Positions 18,629 through 29,194 are shown, numbered from the stretch's first letter. The stretch: DNA of 64,000 nt from a virus (IMGVR_UViG_3300035698_003705:1366-65365), one strand, 5' to 3'. The notes: a model not told the origin generated them from the sequence alone. Translations and numbers: made by a program.

Positions 18629-19210
18629 TTGGATAAGCAGAAATTAGCTCAGCGATACTTGAAAACAGCAGGAGAAGTTCGCTTCATTAAAGATCGTGGA
18701 GGTGATACACATGAATGGGGGTGGGGTACACCGGGCCCCTCAATTCGTGAGAATACAGAGGGCTTTGAGTTCAACCCTAAGCTGTTGAAACCTTTGGCCT
18801 TAACACTGAGGGCAACCATGTCTGCAATGGGCCACTCCCTATCTGCATACAATTTGTTTACCAAAATTAAATCTGCTACGGTTTCTCCTGATGGCAGCCT
18901 TGGTGGTAAGGGCTATATTGAAAAGATTAAGGATATGAGGCGGCAATACATGAATTGCGTTGAAGCACTTTCTGCTTTGTCGGATACATTGTATGATGAG
19001 ATACACGCACCTCACTGGAACCCTGCTGTTGCAGAACAAGACCCCCGAGAAAGGGAGCAGGTAAAAGAAATCATGCAGGATGTGGAAGAAATTAAAGAGT
19101 CCCCTGAAGAGTGGGCCAAAGAAGAAGAATCTGAAATGGATGAGGAAAAATCAAACACACCCCGTAAGACGGCAGCTTTAGCAAAACGATATCTCCAATG
19201 GAGCGTGTAA
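18629..19210 (+). CDS. Hypothetical late protein tagged at both ends (KLAQRYL and ALAKRYL)
   Basis: GGAGG RBS 8 nt before TTG 18629. Confidence 0.75.
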   Translation: MDKQKLAQRYLKTAGEVRFIKDRGGDTHEWGWGTPGPSIRENTEGFEFNPKLLKPLALTLRATMSAMGHSLSAYNLFTKIKSATVSPDGSLGGKGYIEKIKDMRRQYMNCVEALSALSDTLYDEIHAPHWNPAVAEQDPREREQVKEIMQDVEEIKESPEEWAKEEESEMDEEKSNTPRKTAALAKRYLQWSV

Positions 19211-21354
19211 TGAAAACATCTGATGACTGGACTGCAAACATACAAATGCCAGGACTGCCTGCAGACGAACTAACTATGTCTACTGGTGATACTCTGGGTC
19301 TTGATGCTTTTACTTTTGAAGATCCGCCTAAGTCTGGGTTTGACAGTGCAAGGCTGCCTGAAGTTAGCGGTCTTTCCGAACTGCCTGACGGCTTGATGGG
19401 GCAGCCCCTTGAGCCGCTAATTGCACAAGAACTTACGGACACAGATGACGGGGCTTACTTTGGTGAAGATGTTGTAGGTGAAAAAACTGCTGCTTTAGTC
19501 GATTTGGACTGGTTGGACCCAACTCAGAAACAGGATCCCGAGAGGCTACCTGATAATGAAACAAGTTTGAATTCCAAAGATCAGTTGGAAGAAGTTTGGG
19601 GTACAGATCATAGGACGGACGGGCTTTTTTTAGTACCTAATAGAGACAGGGAAACTGCTCAGTATTTGGAGTCTCTCAAAGAGGATCACAAATCAGGACT
19701 GCCCGGAGACAAATCAGCTTCTTTAGAAGACTTACAGGATGCTATAAAGCAAGCTTCACGAAGGGTGCATTTTGGAAAGACCCTACATACTATTCAAGAG
19801 CAACTAGTGGCTCGTTTAGGCCATGAAGCAAAACGTACAAGATCTGCTATGTCTTTTTTGAAGGATGATATTGGCTTAGCCGGGAAGGTTTTTATTCGAG
19901 CTTCTGTTTTTCCAGGTTTGAAAAATGGAACTTGGGTGAAAGAAGTTAAGCGTTCTTGCAGAACAGCACGTTATGTTATTACAAACGATGCTGCTGTAGC
20001 TACTAAATTAGGAATGCTAATGGTATCCGAAGTGCCCTGGAAAGAGGCCCTGAGGCATTACAAGCCGTTATTGACTGCAGCAGGATACAAAGTAGCTTCT
20101 GCTGAAAACCCCAAAGAAACCCTACGCAGGGCTTTCCTAGCGGGTCCTCGGATTCAAAAGGTAGAATCCTATAAGCCTGTGATTTCTGCTGAAGCTGAAA
20201 TGCTCCGTCAACTAGATGCTCCTGCTATTACAGAGGACTTTGAGACCTCCGAACAACAAGCACGTAAGGCTCGGCGTAAGCAGGCTTTGGTACAGATTGC
20301 ACGCTGGGTAAAAGCAGGGAGCCTTACCCATGCGGATGCTATCCGTTTAGGACAGGCAAAAGCAGATTCACATGTACTACTGGCTACTGCAGGTCGTTTA
20401 ATGATGGCTAGTCAGCAGGCATCTGTATATTCCGGTGTTGGTACAGACTTTAAGACGCACACCACACAGGTATGGGCGTCTTTGGAAGATCAGGAAGCAC
20501 AGTTTGAGAAGGAAAAAACAAAAAAGGTTTTGGCCCATGCTGTGAAAAAAGGACAGATAACTATTGGGGAAGCTCAGTATATCGCAAGTCTGAAAAAGTC
20601 TACCTTGGAGACTGAGGCTCTTATTTCTAAAACAGCAAAACTTGCGGCACTAAGGCGTCAAGTCGCAAAAACTAAAGTTGCCAAGTCTGTTTATGAAGGG
20701 GCCGGTACAGAAATGAAGGAGGTTCTCCGAACAGGGGCTCCTAAAAGACCCACCATGTCTGTAGAGCAGACTGCTCTTCTTAAAGTGGCTTCTGAGTCTA
20801 GAATACAAGCACAGGAATTTACCTCCCTGTTGCGTTGGGCAAAACAGCGTTTGAATACAGGTGTAGTAGGAGAAAAGCTAGACCTAGAATTGAAGAAACG
20901 TTTTGCAAGCCCCCTACTTAAAGCAGCCTCTAGTTTGTTACAGGATCTCAGGAACAAGCACGAAGGATTAGCAGGGCATCTTTATGTAGACGCTTCTGCT
21001 TATAATACTGTTGGTGTTACAGGATGCAAGCAGGCAGGTTCTAAGTACAGGACCAGTAGTGTCAAATATGTTTTGGCCATGCCTAAGTGTGCTAGCTGCA
21101 CATTGCACAATGCAGATGATATGTGTCAGTGTTATAATAAAAAACTGGTGGCGAAGCCTCCAGTTGCGGATCCAAGAAAATATCAAGCATCCGTTCTCAA
21201 GAAAGCATGCACTGTTGCGGCACCCTTAAAGAATGTGTTTCAACCAGAAGAGTTTGGTTTGCAAAACGATGCTCTAAATGGTGTTTCTTTTGACCCGGGT
21301 AAAAATGTAGATTTGATAGAGGACTTTGATTTTGGTGACGGAATAGAACTGTGA
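19210..21354 (+). CDS. Large hypothetical virion-associated protein with internal duplication and Cys cluster
   Basis: 714-aa ORF from ATG 19210, acidic N-terminus, repeated GLAG and SVYxGxGT motifs. Confidence 0.75.
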   Translation: MKTSDDWTANIQMPGLPADELTMSTGDTLGLDAFTFEDPPKSGFDSARLPEVSGLSELPDGLMGQPLEPLIAQELTDTDDGAYFGEDVVGEKTAALVDLDWLDPTQKQDPERLPDNETSLNSKDQLEEVWGTDHRTDGLFLVPNRDRETAQYLESLKEDHKSGLPGDKSASLEDLQDAIKQASRRVHFGKTLHTIQEQLVARLGHEAKRTRSAMSFLKDDIGLAGKVFIRASVFPGLKNGTWVKEVKRSCRTARYVITNDAAVATKLGMLMVSEVPWKEALRHYKPLLTAAGYKVASAENPKETLRRAFLAGPRIQKVESYKPVISAEAEMLRQLDAPAITEDFETSEQQARKARRKQALVQIARWVKAGSLTHADAIRLGQAKADSHVLLATAGRLMMASQQASVYSGVGTDFKTHTTQVWASLEDQEAQFEKEKTKKVLAHAVKKGQITIGEAQYIASLKKSTLETEALISKTAKLAALRRQVAKTKVAKSVYEGAGTEMKEVLRTGAPKRPTMSVEQTALLKVASESRIQAQEFTSLLRWAKQRLNTGVVGEKLDLELKKRFASPLLKAASSLLQDLRNKHEGLAGHLYVDASAYNTVGVTGCKQAGSKYRTSSVKYVLAMPKCASCTLHNADDMCQCYNKKLVAKPPVADPRKYQASVLKKACTVAAPLKNVFQPEEFGLQNDALNGVSFDPGKNVDLIEDFDFGDGIEL

Positions 21355-21362
21355 GGTGCAGA

Positions 21363-21893
21363 ATGGGGATTAAAAGATATATCTGTCCTGGGTCATTTAA
21401 GATGCTTATAGGCAGTAAGCCGTTTTGTACTGATCCTACTTGGCGGGGCTTTACAGAACCTGCCACACGCAGAACAGTTACATGTGGGCCGGTGATTGGC
21501 AGCGATGGAGCGGGTATTATTAGTAACCCTACAAGCGTACCAGGTGTACCACAGGGAGTTACAGGATCTTTCACAGTAGCAGACAACGACTTCTCAACGG
21601 GTTGGGTTGTGTTGATTCTGGGTGACTATAGACTGATATCTTATGTGGATTTTCAGATTGGTGGTAATGTAGGGGCAACGGCACTTTTAATTGCCAATGC
21701 AATTAGTACGTTTGCTGGTTTTTCGGCTACTGCTTTGGGCCCAGTAGTTACGGTAGTTTATGGGGACCCCTTATCTAAGGTGGAGTTCCGAGCATTACAT
21801 CGGGGCACAAAGACAAACTTCACTACTTTTAGCCCAGACAATGGGTTTTTAGGTGGTGGCTCTCCTGTTCTTGGTGCACCCGCTCTTACATGA
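21363..21893 (+). CDS. Putative structural protein
   Basis: Gly/Thr-rich beta composition and GAGG RBS. Confidence 0.65.
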   Translation: MGIKRYICPGSFKMLIGSKPFCTDPTWRGFTEPATRRTVTCGPVIGSDGAGIISNPTSVPGVPQGVTGSFTVADNDFSTGWVVLILGDYRLISYVDFQIGGNVGATALLIANAISTFAGFSATALGPVVTVVYGDPLSKVEFRALHRGTKTNFTTFSPDNGFLGGGSPVLGAPALT

Positions 21894-21903
21894 GGGTGTC
21901 ACT

Positions 21904-22581
21904 ATGTCCAATTATAAATTCTCTACAGATCTGAGTACTAAGGAACTAAAAGAGCTAATACCTCACAATGCTGTAACTGTTCTTGTAGAAACCTTCCAAG
22001 GCAAACAGAGATATAAAGCTGTTGACAGCCTTGAACCCACAGATAAGATTCAGGTAAACAATCAGGGTATCCCGATCACAATGAAGAAAAAGCCGGGCCG
22101 CCCGCAAGCACCTGATATGGTGGCTATCAATCCTGTTGTAGCAGAGTTGTTGAAGCGAAAAGGCCACACACTCCAAGAAGATCCCATTTTACAAGCTGTT
22201 AGGAAGGATTCTGAAAACCCCGATGTTTTACATCAAGTAGTTTTAGCTTTGGTGAATGAGGCTTCCAGTTTGAGTTGGGAGAGGCAAGAGGCAGAACGTG
22301 AGGGGCGTGAGACCAGTAACATTTCTATCCGTAGGGTAAACACTCTAAAAGCATTAGCTGACACTTGGATGAAACGTAGGGACCAGGTCACTACTAAAGG
22401 TGCTGACTTAGGGTCGCCTTCTTACAGGGCATTGCTTAAATTTCTTTTAGAGACCTTCCAAGAGGCACTCCATGATGCCGGTGTACGGGACGAAATGACG
22501 GAAACTGTTTTCGCACGTATGGCAAAAGCTATGGATAATGACTGGGAATCAGAAGCAAGAAACCGAATGAAGAACGTGTAG
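21904..22581 (+). CDS. Putative terminase small subunit
   Basis: Helical protein with KKKPGRP immediately upstream of the large terminase. Assigned by position. Confidence 0.5.
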   Translation: MSNYKFSTDLSTKELKELIPHNAVTVLVETFQGKQRYKAVDSLEPTDKIQVNNQGIPITMKKKPGRPQAPDMVAINPVVAELLKRKGHTLQEDPILQAVRKDSENPDVLHQVVLALVNEASSLSWERQEAEREGRETSNISIRRVNTLKALADTWMKRRDQVTTKGADLGSPSYRALLKFLLETFQEALHDAGVRDEMTETVFARMAKAMDNDWESEARNRMKNV

Positions 22582-22591
22582 GATGGTATAG

Positions 22592-24472
22592 ATGGGATCT
22601 ACTATTAACAGCAGTTTAGCAGACATTATTATTGGAGTAGGGCAAGCTGCGAAAAAACAAAATGCTGGTGCTAAAGTTGTTGACATCATAGAGTTTACAG
22701 AAGCTGTTTGGGGGCTGAACCCGGATAATAACTTTTTCCTCTTTCCCGTACAAAGAGTGATTCTTAAAGCCCACTATGGGTTAGAACTAGACGCTAAAAA
22801 AACATTTGAGATCTCTGATTGGAAAAAAGAGAATTTCCGCACGTTTACAGAGAAAAGCTATCTTTCATATCTGTATGAAGAAGGCCGCAGTAACATTAAA
22901 GAGGTTGACCACCCCCGAAATGATATGGTCTTGAGTATTGGCAGACGATCTGGGAAAACCATGATGGCTGCGACTATCAGCTCCTATGAGACATACAAGC
23001 TACTTATGAAAGGTGATCCACAAGCTTACTATGGTCTTCCGGCAGCCAACAACATCCAGATTATTTCAGTTGCTACGGACAAGGATCAGGCTGGCTTGTT
23101 GTACCAAGAGGTTTCAGGCCACTTTTCTAACTGTGCGATTTTTGCACCCTATATGGCTAACAACACTCTCAGCTATGCCAGATTTCAAACACCCAAGGAT
23201 ATTGAGCGTTATGGCTCTTATGCTAAAAACCCAAGTGCGAAAGCCACCATTAAAATCACATTCAGATCTTGTATTGCTAAAGGCCTTCGTGGTGCTGGTA
23301 ACCTTATTGTTATCCTCGACGAAATGGCTCACTTTACAGATAAAGGACAGTCATCTGCTGAGACTGTACACCAGGCTGTAACACCTTCTACGGCTACTTT
23401 TTCTCCCAAGGATCGAAATGACACTAGGATCCCAACAGGGCCAAGTGATGGCCGCGTTATTGCAATATCATCACCACTAGGCCGTCAGGGTATGTTCTAT
23501 AAGCTGTTTCAGATAGGAATGCAGAAGTCTAAAGCATCTGATACAATGCTGTGCATCCAAGCCCCCACTTGGGAAGTCAACCCCACTGTTCCTGCCAGCG
23601 AGTTTATGAAGTCCTACTTAAAGGATCCTACTCAATTCTTTACAGAATTTGGTGCTGAGTTTACAGACCGAACCAAGGGCTTTATTGATAATGCTTCAGA
23701 TCTTATGGAGTGTGTAGACCCACAGGCAAGACCCCTTGCACAGGCACCCCCCAGAAGAGCACACTTTGTAGGTGTTGATGTAGGCTTGAAAGGGGACGGG
23801 ACAGCAGTTGCTATTGGGCATTTAGACCCCAATGAAAGAATAGTGCTTGATTACTTGGAGCAGCGAAAAGCGGGGGAAGGCCGCTATATAGACAAAGAGA
23901 GGCTTGAGCTTGATGACATAGCAGACTGGATTCTGGAGTTATCTAAAAAGTTTTCTATCGTAGAAGGGCTTTTTGATCACTGGGCTGGAATACCTTTTGA
24001 GCAGGCTTTGGCTAAAAGGGGCTTAAAGCAACTTAAAACAGAACAGATGACAAGAGTTCTGAAGTCAGACATCTGGCGAAATTTCAAGGACATGATGTAT
24101 GATCATAGGCTTGTTCTTTACAACTGGCCTAAACCAGACAATGGAGACGAATACTGTGAGTATATTAAAGAGCTGTTGGAACTACAGGTAGAGTATTTTT
24201 CTAAATACCTTATAGATGTTGCAGCACCTAATATAGAAGGCAAGCATGATGATCGTCCAGATGCTCTTGTAAGAATGGTTTGGCTAGCAAGTCTAGCAGT
24301 TACCGGGGCTAAGCACATTGCTAGAAGTGGGCTTGGTAAACAAGGCCCACTTGCACCTGCAGCACAGCAACGTGTGTCAAGCTTTCAGAAACATCGTAAC
24401 ACAGGCCCAAGTCCAAGTAGATGTCCTACTAGGGCCCAAGCTAGTAGTAGATTCCAAGGCAGGAGAAGATGA
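22592..24472 (+). CDS. terL: Terminase large subunit
   Basis: FPVQ, Walker A GRRSGKT, Walker B VILDE, ISSP, and nuclease motifs GVDVG..DGT and HDDRPD. Confidence 0.92.
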   Translation: MGSTINSSLADIIIGVGQAAKKQNAGAKVVDIIEFTEAVWGLNPDNNFFLFPVQRVILKAHYGLELDAKKTFEISDWKKENFRTFTEKSYLSYLYEEGRSNIKEVDHPRNDMVLSIGRRSGKTMMAATISSYETYKLLMKGDPQAYYGLPAANNIQIISVATDKDQAGLLYQEVSGHFSNCAIFAPYMANNTLSYARFQTPKDIERYGSYAKNPSAKATIKITFRSCIAKGLRGAGNLIVILDEMAHFTDKGQSSAETVHQAVTPSTATFSPKDRNDTRIPTGPSDGRVIAISSPLGRQGMFYKLFQIGMQKSKASDTMLCIQAPTWEVNPTVPASEFMKSYLKDPTQFFTEFGAEFTDRTKGFIDNASDLMECVDPQARPLAQAPPRRAHFVGVDVGLKGDGTAVAIGHLDPNERIVLDYLEQRKAGEGRYIDKERLELDDIADWILELSKKFSIVEGLFDHWAGIPFEQALAKRGLKQLKTEQMTRVLKSDIWRNFKDMMYDHRLVLYNWPKPDNGDEYCEYIKELLELQVEYFSKYLIDVAAPNIEGKHDDRPDALVRMVWLASLAVTGAKHIARSGLGKQGPLAPAAQQRVSSFQKHRNTGPSPSRCPTRAQASSRFQGRRR

Positions 24473-24720
24473 ACGCAGAAGTACCTATCAGAGCAGACTA
24501 CCGCATTATTCAACAGATACTTTCTTCCAGTCTGTCTGGTAAGGTAGAGCATGACCCCAAGGAGTATCAAAAAATTGTTGGTGCTTTTAAGGTTGCAGGT
24601 GGGTCTTGGGAAAAGGTTTTCAAAGGGAGTGTTGATGACATAGTGTTGCTGAAGGACCTTATTAAGAAAGCTTTTGATGCAGGTGACTTGACAAAGAAAC
24701 ATGATTGGGAGGATTTGTGA
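24469..24720 (+). CDS. Hypothetical protein
   Basis: AGGAG RBS and overlap with the terL stop. Confidence 0.7.
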   Translation: MNAEVPIRADYRIIQQILSSSLSGKVEHDPKEYQKIVGAFKVAGGSWEKVFKGSVDDIVLLKDLIKKAFDAGDLTKKHDWEDL

Positions 24721-25016
24721 GAAATAGATCGGCAAATAGAGAGTTGCTGCAATCCGTACAAGAGGCAGACAACCTGCTTCAGCGGATTAGACTTCAGATC
24801 CCAAATGCTTGCCGTCCACAGGTTCGTAAAATGCTCAGTCAGTTAAGGAATCTTCCGGGCTTGGTAGAGACAGAACTTAAAAGGGAAGCCCGTGACCAAG
24901 AAAGAGAAGTGCAGCGTAAGGTGGATCATCAGAGAAGGATAGATGCACGTCAAAAGCGGAGAGAGTCTACCTGGGTATCCCCAGTGGAGGAGTTGTTAGA
25001 TGGCGAAGAAGAATAA
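24717..25016 (+). CDS. Hypothetical basic helical protein
   Basis: GGAGG RBS and GTGA overlap with the previous gene. Confidence 0.65.
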   Translation: MRNRSANRELLQSVQEADNLLQRIRLQIPNACRPQVRKMLSQLRNLPGLVETELKREARDQEREVQRKVDHQRRIDARQKRRESTWVSPVEELLDGEEE

Positions 25017-26691
25017 ACCAGAAGATACTACCCCAGTCAAAGTAATCGCACCAACTAAAGGTGTTGTTGTGGGCAAGCCGGGGAAGGTTATCACATCAGC
25101 TATGCGATCTAAAACAGCCTTTGGTATGACCACGGGCGGTACAGCTCAGGGTGCTGGTGGTAACTTTTACAGTCCTGAATTGTCAACGGACTTTTTAGAA
25201 CTACCACAAAGTAGGGAAGAGCAGTTAGAGTTTTATCGCTTCTTTGCTAAGTATCATCCTTATGTAAGTCAAGCCCTCAGTTTGATGACTGAACTACCTT
25301 TGAGTAAAGTCAGGCTGCGTATGCCGGAAGCTAAAAACCGGGGTCTAGCTGAAAAAGCCATGCGTTATTGTGAAAACTGGTCCCGTAAAATGCAATTGCT
25401 TCAAAGGCTGATGGAAATCACCAGGGAGTATTTCCTAGCCGGAGAGGCTGCTATATTTGCAGAAGACACAAATCCCGAGATGCCGGACACGGTAAGGGCA
25501 CAGCAGATACGAGAAATTAAAGAAGACGGGACGCTTATTGAGAGTTGGGAAGAATATCCGGATGCAGATGCCAAAGCAGTTGCTTGGTTAAAGAAGAACT
25601 ATAAGGGGTGGACAGCAATTCGCACACTGCCCCCGGAACAGATTAAAATAGAGTCTTTCCCCTTTACGGATGAGAAGCTGGTAAACCTTGTTCCTGATTC
25701 TAAGTCCAAGGCTATTGTGGCAAAAGCCTTGTCAGGTGACCCCGAGGCTGAACGTATTGCTAACTCAATGCCACAAGAGATTTTAGATGCTATTCAAGAT
25801 GGGCGGGATATCAATCTAAACACCGATCCAGATGCGGGTTCCTTCGTGTATATCTTGGCCCGTAACAAAACACAGTATGAACCTAATGGGCACTCTATCC
25901 TAGAGTCCTGCATGAGAGCCCTGGTATTTGAGGACAAAATTCGTCAAGCTTTGAGTAGCATCGCTTCAAGGCATATGACCCCTTACCGGCTAGTTTATGC
26001 CGCAGATATGAATGACGAACAAACAGAGGCGCTCAGGGATCAGGTAGACCTTGCTATGCAAGATCCTGATTATTCTCTTGTTACAAACTTTGAAGTTACT
26101 TGGCAGGAGATGGGGGCAGACCAAAGGCTTCCTGATTGGTCCTGGGCACTTGAAATGACACATCAGCACTTATATGCCGGTTTGGGTATGACAGAAGGTT
26201 TACTTACAGGTGAATCTAGTTATAGTGGTGACAAGATTAGTCTGGAGGTTATCAACACACGCTTCATGCAGCTCCGTGAGTTGCTACAAGACCTTGTAGA
26301 GGATTACTTCTTTGCTCCTATGTGTCGGCGTATGGGTTTTGTAGAAGAGGATGAGGATGGCAACATGGTAGTTCTAACACCTAAGCTATCATTCACAAGG
26401 CTAGCTATGCGGGATCAGGCTGAGACTTTTGATGCTCTGTTCAATCTATATCAGAAGGGTTCAATCAGTATTGACATCATTTTGGACCTCTTTAACATAG
26501 ACCCTGTTACCACAGAAGAAAAACTGCGTAGGGATATGTTTGGACCTAATGACGCTCTGTTTAATGAGACACTCCGTGGTGTGTATTCCGGTGCTTCTGA
26601 TAAAATCATAGAAGGCACGGATGCGGTTGAGAAAATAGCAGAAGGTATGGGACTTAAGTATACAGCACCTAAAGAAGATGATCGTTTCTAA
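25000..26691 (+). CDS. Portal protein
   Basis: 563 aa downstream of terL. HPYVSQAL, REYFLAGE, GHSILES and AGLG..LL follow the portal pattern. Confidence 0.8.
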   Translation: MAKKNKPEDTTPVKVIAPTKGVVVGKPGKVITSAMRSKTAFGMTTGGTAQGAGGNFYSPELSTDFLELPQSREEQLEFYRFFAKYHPYVSQALSLMTELPLSKVRLRMPEAKNRGLAEKAMRYCENWSRKMQLLQRLMEITREYFLAGEAAIFAEDTNPEMPDTVRAQQIREIKEDGTLIESWEEYPDADAKAVAWLKKNYKGWTAIRTLPPEQIKIESFPFTDEKLVNLVPDSKSKAIVAKALSGDPEAERIANSMPQEILDAIQDGRDINLNTDPDAGSFVYILARNKTQYEPNGHSILESCMRALVFEDKIRQALSSIASRHMTPYRLVYAADMNDEQTEALRDQVDLAMQDPDYSLVTNFEVTWQEMGADQRLPDWSWALEMTHQHLYAGLGMTEGLLTGESSYSGDKISLEVINTRFMQLRELLQDLVEDYFFAPMCRRMGFVEEDEDGNMVVLTPKLSFTRLAMRDQAETFDALFNLYQKGSISIDIILDLFNIDPVTTEEKLRRDMFGPNDALFNETLRGVYSGASDKIIEGTDAVEKIAEGMGLKYTAPKEDDRF

Positions 26692-26727
26692 GCCTATTGA
26701 ATAAGGTTATTCAGGAGGGCTTCATCT

Positions 26728-27321
26728 ATGAGTATTTCTATTCGAATAGCACAGCAATGGTTGAAACTTAATGCAGAACAAGTGCATTCTGGTTTAGGCT
26801 TGTTTATTCCTTTGCCTAAAGACCTTGCTAAACAGTTCCCTTCTTTAGGATCTGAAGACACTTCTCCAAGTCATGTAACTTTTCTTTATGTTGGGGATAT
26901 GGTCTCTGAAAAGGAACAGAAGTTCCTTGCTATAACAAGAGAAGTGTTTCAACAATTCCAAGGGCCGGTGGAAGCGAGCTTGGACTATTTGGATTATTTC
27001 CCACAGCCATCTGAAAATAAAAAGGTTGCTTTGATGCGTGTGCGTTTTGGCAAAGACTTGGCTGCTTTAAGGTGGCAGTTGAGAGAAGCACTGTTAGACG
27101 CGGGCATAGATGTAAAAGACAGCTTCCCTTTAGTCTACCAGCCACACGTCACACTTGCATATATGGACGGCTTAGACTCTAAATATACGGGGGGGGTTCC
27201 TGAAGGCAACTGGTTTATTACAGGGGCGGAAATATGGGGTGATGGCAAAGAGCCCGTCCCTATTCCTTTTGGTTCAACAGCACAGAAGTTGGGTCAACGT
27301 TGGCTGCGGGAGAATGATTAG
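26728..27321 (+). CDS. 2H phosphoesterase (LigT / Acb1-like)
   Basis: Two HxT motifs: SHVTFLY and PHVTLAY. Confidence 0.9.
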   Translation: MSISIRIAQQWLKLNAEQVHSGLGLFIPLPKDLAKQFPSLGSEDTSPSHVTFLYVGDMVSEKEQKFLAITREVFQQFQGPVEASLDYLDYFPQPSENKKVALMRVRFGKDLAALRWQLREALLDAGIDVKDSFPLVYQPHVTLAYMDGLDSKYTGGVPEGNWFITGAEIWGDGKEPVPIPFGSTAQKLGQRWLREND

Positions 27322-29168
27322 TGAGACACCAGACCTCAGTTGCTTTGATGAAGTTCCTTTCTGCTGTGGCCCGGAAGTTGGGCGTAGCTGAGCATATTTA
27401 CGTGGTAGGTGGTGCTGTTCGTAACTTTGTGATGGACCCTACGGGGTCAAAGTACCCCATAAAAGATATTGATGTTGTTATAGATTCAGTTGCATTAAAG
27501 GGGAGGGACTCTGCTTGGTTTGCGAAACAGCTTGTTAGTGCTATCCCAGCAGCTACAAGCTTAGTGACTAATAATTATGGTGTGGCTATAATTACAATAA
27601 ATGGTGATTGGATACTCGGTGGTAGTTCTTTAAAGGGAGAGGTTGTTGAGATCGCTAATGCCAGAAAAGAGTCATACGGTGAAGCTGGTGGTAAAGGCTA
27701 TAAACCCCACATGGTAGAGCCTGCTGCAATAGAACAGGATGTTATGCGGAGAGAGTTTTCCTTTAATACTTTATTGTGGAGATTGTTGGATTTGGCACAT
27801 GGGCCTGATAAAGCAGAAATTATTGATTTAACAGGGTGTGGGCTGCGAGACTTAAAGAATAAGGAGATGCTTTGTCCAAGAGATCCTGATATTGTATTCA
27901 AAGATGATCCCAGTCGTATGATTAGAGTCGTGAAGTTTTTATTGAAGTATGGTTTTAAGATACCCCCGGATGTTAAGGCTTCCATTAAGCGGAACAGCCC
28001 CAAGTTGAAAAACATCCCATCTAGCCATTTATCAAATATGTTGATCAACACGTTTTTTGAACCAGGCGTCGGAAAACAGGCTTTACTTGAAATGAAGCGG
28101 TTGGGTTTGTTAGACACTATAACAGAGATAGCAAGGACTGACAAAGCATTCCAAGCAGCTTTGGCACACTGGGCGAATAAGAATGCCTCTATACAGTTTG
28201 TTTTTGATTTAATGGATTTGGGCATGCCTTCGGGGAAACGAATCTCATTCCTTGATACGGGGCAACAGAAAAGATTGCGTGAATTGACAGTCCAGATGTC
28301 AGCAGATGAGTCTGATGCTTATGTAAGGGTGCTTGAACAGCCCGGTAAAGTTTTAGACATGCCAGCTTTGATAGCAGAGTTTGGGCTGACAGGTGTTCAA
28401 ATAAGGACTTTGTTACAGACAGCTAGAGAAGTACTACTAGAGAAACCTAACTTAATAAAGAAAACCCACCAACTAGAGGATGCGGTAAGACTTATGATGA
28501 ATTATTATGGTAAAAAAGCAAATCTCTCGGGCATTGTAGAAGTGCCCAAGAACACACACCCTGTAACTGTAGACCCACCTAAACCCCCCAACAGAAAAAA
28601 GTATCCTTTTGTAGGCTTTATTGACTTTCAAGGTTTAGAGATTGATGTTGAAAATAAGAAGGGGGATACTCGTAAAGGAGAGAACTCAGATGGTACAGAG
28701 TGGGCAACCTATATGCACAACCATTATGGAGAAATACGCGGGACGGAAGGAACAGATGGAGACAAGTTGGATGCGTATGTAGGCCCTAACCATGACAGCT
28801 CCCTTGTAGTGGTTGTTCATCAAAACGATCCAGAAACAGGAAAGTTTGATGAGGATAAAGTAATGCTTGGTTTTGATTCTACTGAGGAAGCTATTGGAGC
28901 ATATAAGAAGCAGTATGACCAACCAGGGTTTTTCAAAGAGGACGAGTATTTGGAGATGCCGATAGGACAGTTTTGGCGTTGGGTACATGAGGAACGGAAC
29001 AAAGGCAACCCTACTGTAGTAGTAGAGCCACAACCCAAAGGACGGAAACAGCCCAAAGAGTTTGGACTTTATAGATTGTGGCAGGCAGACCCCGGCAAGA
29101 GGCTTGCACCGGCACAGAAGGTAGCTGCTACAAAGCTATCAAACCGTTATTTAAGCTCTAATTTTTGA
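27321..29168 (+). CDS. Class II CCA-adding enzyme/poly(A) polymerase fused to an inorganic-pyrophosphatase-like domain
   Basis: VGGAVRN, DID, ARKESY, RREFSFN and DDPSR. C-terminal HYGEIRGTEGTDGDKLDAYVG..FDEDKVMLGF. Confidence 0.88.
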   Translation: MRHQTSVALMKFLSAVARKLGVAEHIYVVGGAVRNFVMDPTGSKYPIKDIDVVIDSVALKGRDSAWFAKQLVSAIPAATSLVTNNYGVAIITINGDWILGGSSLKGEVVEIANARKESYGEAGGKGYKPHMVEPAAIEQDVMRREFSFNTLLWRLLDLAHGPDKAEIIDLTGCGLRDLKNKEMLCPRDPDIVFKDDPSRMIRVVKFLLKYGFKIPPDVKASIKRNSPKLKNIPSSHLSNMLINTFFEPGVGKQALLEMKRLGLLDTITEIARTDKAFQAALAHWANKNASIQFVFDLMDLGMPSGKRISFLDTGQQKRLRELTVQMSADESDAYVRVLEQPGKVLDMPALIAEFGLTGVQIRTLLQTAREVLLEKPNLIKKTHQLEDAVRLMMNYYGKKANLSGIVEVPKNTHPVTVDPPKPPNRKKYPFVGFIDFQGLEIDVENKKGDTRKGENSDGTEWATYMHNHYGEIRGTEGTDGDKLDAYVGPNHDSSLVVVVHQNDPETGKFDEDKVMLGFDSTEEAIGAYKKQYDQPGFFKEDEYLEMPIGQFWRWVHEERNKGNPTVVVEPQPKGRKQPKEFGLYRLWQADPGKRLAPAQKVAATKLSNRYLSSNF

Positions 29169-29194
29169 TTAGGTAGGGGGCACACAATATAACA

